A stretch of 64,000 nucleotides of DNA from an uncultured delta proteobacterium (GTDB lineage Bacteria > Myxococcota_A > Polyangia > Polyangiales > Polyangiaceae), in contig CAVQUB010000015.1 in the NCBI GenBank assembly GCA_963716725.1, forward strand, positions 512,001-576,000, written 5' to 3'. Below are positions 58,065-64,000 of this stretch, one piece after another; within the stretch, counting starts at the first letter, position 1, and each line of letters starts with the position of its first letter. Both the position numbers and the translations under genes were made by a program. The notes below the pieces were generated by a model. The model saw nothing but the letters and a program-made list of their open reading frames with translations, ran no database searches and had not been told where the DNA came from.

Positions 58065-61000
58065 TCAACCGCCGTCGAGTTCCGAGACGAGCTGTCGGGC
58101 TTGGTGGTGGTCGGGGTTGTCCGAGAGGGCCTTGCCCGCGAGCATGCGCGCGCGCCTTGGGTCGCCCGCGCGCTGGGCGAGCAGAGCGAGCTGGTAGTTT
58201 GCGTGGGCCTTGACCTCGGCGGTGAGCACCTCGCCGCTTTCTTCGTCGCCGACCCGGAGCATCGTCACGCCGCGGAACGCGCGGGATGCGACCTCGAGCT
58301 CGTCCATGTCCAGCGCCAACTGTCCGAGCTCCATGGCGAGTCGGGCGCTCTTCATGTCCATCTCGAAGGCTCGGGTCAGCGACGCCAGGGCGTCGCTGAG
58401 AAAGCCCTCGGCCAGCTGGATGCGGCTAATTTCTCGGTACACCGGCGAGAGTTCTTTGGAGCGCCGCCCGCGGTAGGAGGCCACCACCTCGCCGAGCAAG
58501 CTCATCGCTTCCTCGCCCCGTCCGACGGCGGCGAGGGCTCGCCCGAGCAGAATCGCGCCATCCGCGCTGTCTGGCGACAGACCTCGCGCCTCGCTCAGCA
58601 CCTCGACCGCGCGGGCCGGATCGCCATCGGGCATCAACAACAGATTGCCTGCCTGTAAGAGCAGCTCGAAGCGACGCTGGACCTGCTGCTCGTCGGCCGC
58701 CTCCTCGAACACGAAGCGCGCGAGCTCCCGGCTGTCCCCCACCACCTCGTACAAGCTGCGCAGTCGTTCGCGGAGGCGCGGTTCTCGAGGAGCGAGCTTG
58801 TGCGCGCGTTCGAGCCCGCCGCGGGCGTCACCGAAGCGTCCCGCGCGGTCGCAGGCCTCGGCCAGCGCCAGGGCCGCCTCGGTCAGTGCGTCCCCTTCTT
58901 CGAGCGCGATCAGCTTGCGGTACGCCATGCTCGCGGCGTCCCAGCGCTCGGCTCGCCCTTCGAGTTCGGCCAGCCGTCGGGCGACCTCGCGATCCTTGGG
59001 AACCTGCTTTCCGAGCTCCACCAGCTGCGCACGCGCGGCATCGACGTCCCCGCTTTGCTCGAGCACTTCGGCCAGCCGGAGCGCGAGTTCTCGGCCGCGA
59101 TCGGCCTCGGCGTTGGCGATGGCGCGCTCGAGCGCCGGGACCAGGTCGTGGGCCGCGTCGGCGTCGACGCTGAATGCCTGTTCGAGCACTTGCACGGCTT
59201 CCTCGTCCCGGCCGACGTCGGAGAGCAGCGCGGCTCGCGCTCGCGACACCTGGGGATCGGCGGTCATGTCCCCGAGCGAGTCGAGGATCTCGAGGGCGAC
59301 GATCGACTCGCCGCCGCAGCGGTGCGCGTCGATCAAGCGTCCGAGCAGCTCGTGATCGTTCGGGACCACTCGAATCGCGTCACGCAGCACCCGGGCGGCG
59401 CCTGCCCAGTCCTCCCGCGCCGCGTAGCGCTCGAGCAAGGGATCCCGGAGTTCCACGGTGGTCGGGCTCGCAATGAAACCCAGCTCGAGAGCGCGCTCGG
59501 CGCCCGCTTCGTCGCCCTGGTCGCTGCGGAGCGTGAGCAGTCGGGAGGCGATCTCCACCGCCGGCTCACCTCGCTCCACCCGCAAGAGCGACTCGAGGAC
59601 GTCCGCGACGACGTAGGCATCGTCTCGGAGCTCGGCCAGGCGCAGCACCGCGCTCAGCACCTCGCGGTCGGACTTGTCCCAATCGAGCACGGCGACGTAG
59701 ACGTCGTAAGAGTCGTCCGGGCGAGCTTCGGCCTCGAGCAATCTTCCCAATCGCAGCGATTGCGCGACCAGTCGCGGCACGTCTTGCCGGTCCTTGGCGG
59801 TGTCGATCTGGGTGACCAAGAGCGCGACGATTAGGTCGGTTTGGCCGCCGATTTCCAAGATCGAGAGCAAGCGGTCCGCCGCGCGCTTCTGCGACGGGTC
59901 TTCCTCGAGGATTTCTTGCAAGATGGTCGTGGCTTCCAGTGACCGGGCCTCGTCGAGCAGGATCTCGGCCTGCTCGAAACGCAGCTGCGCGCGGTCCGCG
60001 CTGTTCTCGACCAGGGGTACGGTCCGCTCGATGAGTTCCACGAGTGCTTCGGAGGCGCCCAGCTTTCGGTACACCGAAGCGAGTGGCTCCCACACACCGC
60101 GATCCGCGGGATCTTGTTCGAGCAGCGATTCGTAAATCCGTCGCGCCGTCGCGGCGTCATTGGCGTCGACGAGAGCCCGGCTGGCGACCGCCAGCAGCAA
60201 TGCCCGGGACTCGTCGGCGTCGAGAACCGCTGCGGCGCGTTCGCGGAGCGACAACGCTTCGGTGAGTGCGCCGCGTTCATCGCAGAGATCCGCCAGCTCG
60301 CAGAGCGCCCAGGCCAGATCCGTGTCGCCCAACCCCGAGTCGTCGACGTCCCGCAGCGCAGATCTCAAGAGGGCTTCGGCCGCATCCGCCTGTTCGGCAC
60401 CTTCAGCGAGGGCCACGCCTTCGCGCAGGGCTTCGGGGTGCGGTCCGGGCAGCGCCACGACTCTCGCCAGCGCGTCGAGCAGGGTCGCGGCGTCGGGTTT
60501 CGCCCGGGCAATTCCCTCGAAGAGCGTCACCAGAGCGTCGTTCGCCGGGTGCGCGTCGAGCGCGCCACGCAGTAGCCGCTCGGCGCGGTCGAGATCGGGG
60601 CTCAGCTCCAGCGCGCGCTCCAAGACCTCGATGCCGCGCGCCAGCGCCGGGGGATCTTGCAGCCGGATTTCCGCCAGTCGATAGAAGGCCTCGGGTTCGA
60701 TCTCCGCGCTGCCCGAGCTGAGCGCGGCCGACACCCGTCGCTCGAGCACATCCGCCTCGGCGCTCGCGTCGCCGAGGAAGTCGTAGACTCGACCGAGGGC
60801 TGCCCAGGCGCGATCGTCGTCGGCAGCTCCCTCGTCGAGGTCGCCGTGGATGACCTTGGCGCGATCCCGGATGCGTGCCTCGGCGGAGCTGATCCCGCCC
60901 AGGTGCTCGGCGTGCAAAAATGCCAGATCTGCCAAGGCGCTGGCGGCCTCTGCCGGCGTCTCGGCCCGCGCCAGCCGGCTCTCCACCGATCGAGCCAGGA

Positions 61001-64000
61001 GATCGTAGCGGCCGCGATTTCGGAGCGCGGCCTCGAGGGCGTCGGCTTCCCGCGCGCTCTCCATGGCGGCCTCGAAGGCGGAATCTACGAGCTCCGCCGC
61101 TCGCACGTCGTCCTGAGACCGCGCCGCGATCTCCGCCAGGTCGAGCAAGGCTTCGGCCCGACTCGGGGCGTCGTCGTCATCGCGTCCGAGCACCAGCAAG
61201 AGCGCACGGTATTGCTTCTCGGCACGGTCGAGCTGTCCCTCTTCGAAGGCGAGCTTGGCCAGCGCTTGCAGGATCCCGGGGTGCGCGGGATCGATCTTGT
61301 TGGCGAGGGCGAGCTCCGCGATGGCCTCCGCGCGACGGTCGGCGGCGAGCGAGACCCGCGCCAACTGGAAGTGAACGAGCGCGCGGTCCTTGGGCTTGCG
61401 CGTGCCGTAGCGCTCGATCTGGGTCTTGAGCACTGAAAGTGCGTCGTCGAGGCGGCCGCTGTTCGTGAAGGCCGACGCGAGTCCGAGGCGAAGCGAAGGT
61501 TCGTCGGGGTCGAGCTCGATGGCCTGCTCGAGGAGCGGCACGGCGGCTTCGGCGTTGCCGAGCTTGTCGATGTAGAGCCGCGCCGTCTCCTGCAGGAGCT
61601 CGAGCCTTGCCTTGGTACTGGGCGCGCGCTGTGCCTCCGTCGTGAGCAAGGCCGCCAGGGGCGCGTGGGCCCGAAGCGTCCGGTACAGGTCGGCCAGCCG
61701 CTTGCGCACGGCACCCGCATCGAGGGCCGTCGACGCGGCATGCTCGAGCCGCGCTCGCGCCAGCTCCGGCTGTCCGGCGCGCAGATACGCCTCGGCAAGG
61801 CGCAAGGCCCGGGACCCGAGCTCGTCGCGAGTCGAGCGCTCACAGAGCCGCTCCAATGCGGCGGCCGCTTCCCCCGGGCGGCCCTCGGCGTCGTGAATAC
61901 GCGCCAGCGCATCGAGAGCCGCCTCGCTGCCGAGATCTGCCGCAGCGCGGTGGTTTTCGATGGCGCGATCCTTCGATCCGAGGCGGGTCTCCGCGATCTC
62001 AGCGGCCCGGGCGAAGAGGGCCGCCGCCGCGCCCGCGTCGCCGATCGCTGCCCGCGCCTGGGCCTGGACCTCCCACAGGCTCGCGATTTCGTCGTCCAAG
62101 TTCTGCTCCTCCAAGAGCAGGGCGAAACGCGTGACGGCGGCCTGGGCCACGCGATCGGCAGGGTCCTCGGCAAACAGCCTGCGGAAGTAGGTCAGGGCGC
62201 GACTGGCGTCGCCGAGGCGGTCCGAGCACAGGCACGCGGCTTCCGACAGCAGCTCGCGCCGAGTCTCGGTGGAAAATGGCAGATCCATCGCGGCGAGATG
62301 AAGGTCGACCACTGCGGCGTGGTCGCCTTCGTCCCCGAGGCGCTTGCCCAGCAAGCCCAAGGCAGCCAGCGCTGCGCTGCCGGCGGCCTCGGCGGCTTCC
62401 CCCGTGCCGCTCTTCCAGGTCTCGACGGCCCGGGCGAAGAGCTGCTCGGCGAGCGCACGGCCCCGAGGGCGCTCGGCCGGCGCATCGAGCACGGCCAGCG
62501 CCCGCTCCCAGTTGCCGACGCTGGAGAACGCCGCGAGCGCAGCCTCGAGGTTCGCCGTATGTTCCACGTGAACGGTCCCGAGCGCCGACGAGAGCGTCGC
62601 GCGCCGAACCGAGTCCGCCTCCGCCGCGATCTCCTCGGCCGTGAGCGCCGTCCAGTCCTGCCAACGATCGGCGCCACGATACAGCTCTGCGAGCGCTTCG
62701 AAGCTCTCGGTGTCGGGCCCGAGCTCCGACCGAATCGCCTTCCAGGCGGCGATGGACCGCTCGCGGTCGCCGAGTTGGTCCGCCCACAGGCGAGCCACGA
62801 AGGTGCGATCGCGCCGGGCCCCCTCGGGATCGGACAGCGCGGCGCGCGCTTCGAGCACGTCGATCAGCCCGGGCCAGTCGCCCTGGGCGGCCACCGCGTC
62901 GGCAAGTCCGTCGAGGGCCTCCACGTCCGTGGCGTCATCGGCCAACCGGGCTCGCCACGCGTTGATGGCACGCCCCCAATCCTTGAGCGCTCTGCCACTC
63001 ACCCGGGCCGCAGCTCCGAGGGCGGCTCGGCGGCGCCCCGGCTCGTCCTCCAAGTTCGCGAGGCGCTCCAGGACGCCCACGCGTTCTTCGGCGCGCCCTG
63101 CGGCTTCCAACAGCGGATCGAGCTCACGCGCAGCTCCGAGCGCGCGCGCGCCGTCGCCTGCGGCTTCGTCGAGCACGCGTTGATAAAGCTCGATGGCCGC
63201 CCCAGCGTCCCCCAAATCGGTCTTTCGAACCGACGCGGATTCGAGCAAGAGGTCCAGTCGCACCGACGGCTCTTCGGCTCCGCCGGCGATGGAGACGAGC
63301 AGCTCGGCCCGCCTTTCGTGATCGCCCGTGCGCCCGGCGAGCTCGGCGAGGCGCACCCGATGCAAGGTCTCGTGGGGCTCCAGCGCCACCAGCTGCGCGA
63401 CGCTCTCGAAGGCGCCGCTGAAGTCGCCGATGGCGTCGATTTTCAACTGGATGATCTTCTCGAGTCGCGAGATGCGCTCCTGTTTGCTGTCGGCGAGCTC
63501 GAGCTCGACCTCGAGCATGCGCGCGACCTGAGGGACGTCGTTGGCAGCCTCGTAACGCTTGCGCAGCAGCTCGGCGGCGGCGTGTCGCACGCTCCTGGCC
63601 TTGCTCTTCTTTTTCTTGCTCTCGTCGCCCGGCAGCATGGACTCCCGCGCGGATGGAAGCGCGACGAGGCGCTCGAGCAGATCGTGAACCTCCGGCTTCG
63701 GCTTCGGGTCACTCAGCAGCCGCTCGAGCAATGCATACGCCTCGATTGGATCGCCAACGTCGAGCCAGAGGCTCACGAGGCGGACGAGCAGCGCGCCATG
63801 TTTGGGCCCCGCCGCCTGCTCCAGCCGGCGACCCAAGAGCGCAATCAGCGGGCGAGTGCGGCCCTCGCGCTCGTAGAGGCGCTCGAGAGAAGCCTCGATG
63901 CGCCCATCCTCCGGGGCCAGCTCCTCGAGGCGCTCGAGGTAGTCGATGGCCCGGTCCGCGTCGTTCGCGAAGTCTTTGGCGGCCATCGAAGCTTCGCGCA
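58065..64000 (-). CDS. Very large TPR-repeat protein (5' end outside the window)
   Basis: More than 1970 aa of helical repeats (e.g. LLEQAIELDPDE); frame open to the window edge. Confidence 0.85.
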   Translation of the reverse strand, partial: REASMAAKDFANDADRAIDYLERLEELAPEDGRIEASLERLYEREGRTRPLIALLGRRLEQAAGPKHGALLVRLVSLWLDVGDPIEAYALLERLLSDPKPKPEVHDLLERLVALPSARESMLPGDESKKKKSKARSVRHAAAELLRKRYEAANDVPQVARMLEVELELADSKQERISRLEKIIQLKIDAIGDFSGAFESVAQLVALEPHETLHRVRLAELAGRTGDHERRAELLVSIAGGAEEPSVRLDLLLESASVRKTDLGDAGAAIELYQRVLDEAAGDGARALGAARELDPLLEAAGRAEERVGVLERLANLEDEPGRRRAALGAAARVSGRALKDWGRAINAWRARLADDATDVEALDGLADAVAAQGDWPGLIDVLEARAALSDPEGARRDRTFVARLWADQLGDRERSIAAWKAIRSELGPDTESFEALAELYRGADRWQDWTALTAEEIAAEADSVRRATLSSALGTVHVEHTANLEAALAAFSSVGNWERALAVLDAPAERPRGRALAEQLFARAVETWKSGTGEAAEAAGSAALAALGLLGKRLGDEGDHAAVVDLHLAAMDLPFSTETRRELLSEAACLCSDRLGDASRALTYFRRLFAEDPADRVAQAAVTRFALLLEEQNLDDEIASLWEVQAQARAAIGDAGAAAALFARAAEIAETRLGSKDRAIENHRAAADLGSEAALDALARIHDAEGRPGEAAAALERLCERSTRDELGSRALRLAEAYLRAGQPELARARLEHAASTALDAGAVRKRLADLYRTLRAHAPLAALLTTEAQRAPSTKARLELLQETARLYIDKLGNAEAAVPLLEQAIELDPDEPSLRLGLASAFTNSGRLDDALSVLKTQIERYGTRKPKDRALVHFQLARVSLAADRRAEAIAELALANKIDPAHPGILQALAKLAFEEGQLDRAEKQYRALLLVLGRDDDDAPSRAEALLDLAEIAARSQDDVRAAELVDSAFEAAMESAREADALEAALRNRGRYDLLARSVESRLARAETPAEAASALADLAFLHAEHLGGISSAEARIRDRAKVIHGDLDEGAADDDRAWAALGRVYDFLGDASAEADVLERRVSAALSSGSAEIEPEAFYRLAEIRLQDPPALARGIEVLERALELSPDLDRAERLLRGALDAHPANDALVTLFEGIARAKPDAATLLDALARVVALPGPHPEALREGVALAEGAEQADAAEALLRSALRDVDDSGLGDTDLAWALCELADLCDERGALTEALSLRERAAAVLDADESRALLLAVASRALVDANDAATARRIYESLLEQDPADRGVWEPLASVYRKLGASEALVELIERTVPLVENSADRAQLRFEQAEILLDEARSLEATTILQEILEEDPSQKRAADRLLSILEIGGQTDLIVALLVTQIDTAKDRQDVPRLVAQSLRLGRLLEAEARPDDSYDVYVAVLDWDKSDREVLSAVLRLAELRDDAYVVADVLESLLRVERGEPAVEIASRLLTLRSDQGDEAGAERALELGFIASPTTVELRDPLLERYAAREDWAGAARVLRDAIRVVPNDHELLGRLIDAHRCGGESIVALEILDSLGDMTADPQVSRARAALLSDVGRDEEAVQVLEQAFSVDADAAHDLVPALERAIANAEADRGRELALRLAEVLEQSGDVDAARAQLVELGKQVPKDREVARRLAELEGRAERWDAASMAYRKLIALEEGDALTEAALALAEACDRAGRFGDARGGLERAHKLAPREPRLRERLRSLYEVVGDSRELARFVFEEAADEQQVQRRFELLLQAGNLLLMPDGDPARAVEVLSEARGLSPDSADGAILLGRALAAVGRGEEAMSLLGEVVASYRGRRSKELSPVYREISRIQLAEGFLSDALASLTRAFEMDMKSARLAMELGQLALDMDELEVASRAFRGVTMLRVGDEESGEVLTAEVKAHANYQLALLAQRAGDPRRARMLAGKALSDNPDHHQARQLVSELDGG

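Overview
Very GC-rich bacterial DNA. Gene content points to Myxococcota, most like Polyangiaceae/Sorangiineae: Gly/Thr-rich lipoproteins, FG-GAP and MYXO-CTERM surface proteins, a Ser/Thr kinase beside a TPR protein, paired FGE-sulfatase-domain proteins, a giant TPR protein. About 50 genes are supported. Housekeeping genes include argC-argB, pcm, thiS, miaB, an acyl-CoA ligase, a UvrD/Rep helicase, a menA-like prenyltransferase and pssA. A translationally coupled sulfur-carrier cysteine cluster lies at 31.6-35.8 kb (Rrf2, cysK, ThiF/MoeB, CysO/MoaD-like carrier, small ThiF-like ORF, cysM, JAMM/Mec+). There are two accessory patches: 3.2-4.5 kb (tandem repeat, RHH/RelE toxin-antitoxin pair, GxxExxY gene) and 17.2-20.0 kb (internally deleted IS1182-like transposase plus an HNH endonuclease). 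Best leads: (1) the ThiF/MoeB protein lacks the N-terminal Arg-finger arm while a separate 96-aa ORF carries it, suggesting a split, heterodimeric E1-like enzyme; (2) the GxxExxY gene sits between 33-bp inverted repeats, and similar purine-rich arms bracket the IS/HNH patch; (3) an unlisted 32-codon leader ORF with terminator/antiterminator lies upstream of a MATE pump; (4) a lipoprotein fuses phospholipase D and PHP-like domains. Several single-base frameshifts in conserved genes look like sequencing errors. No rRNA, tRNA or CRISPR array was seen. All family assignments are by motif recognition only; no searches were run.
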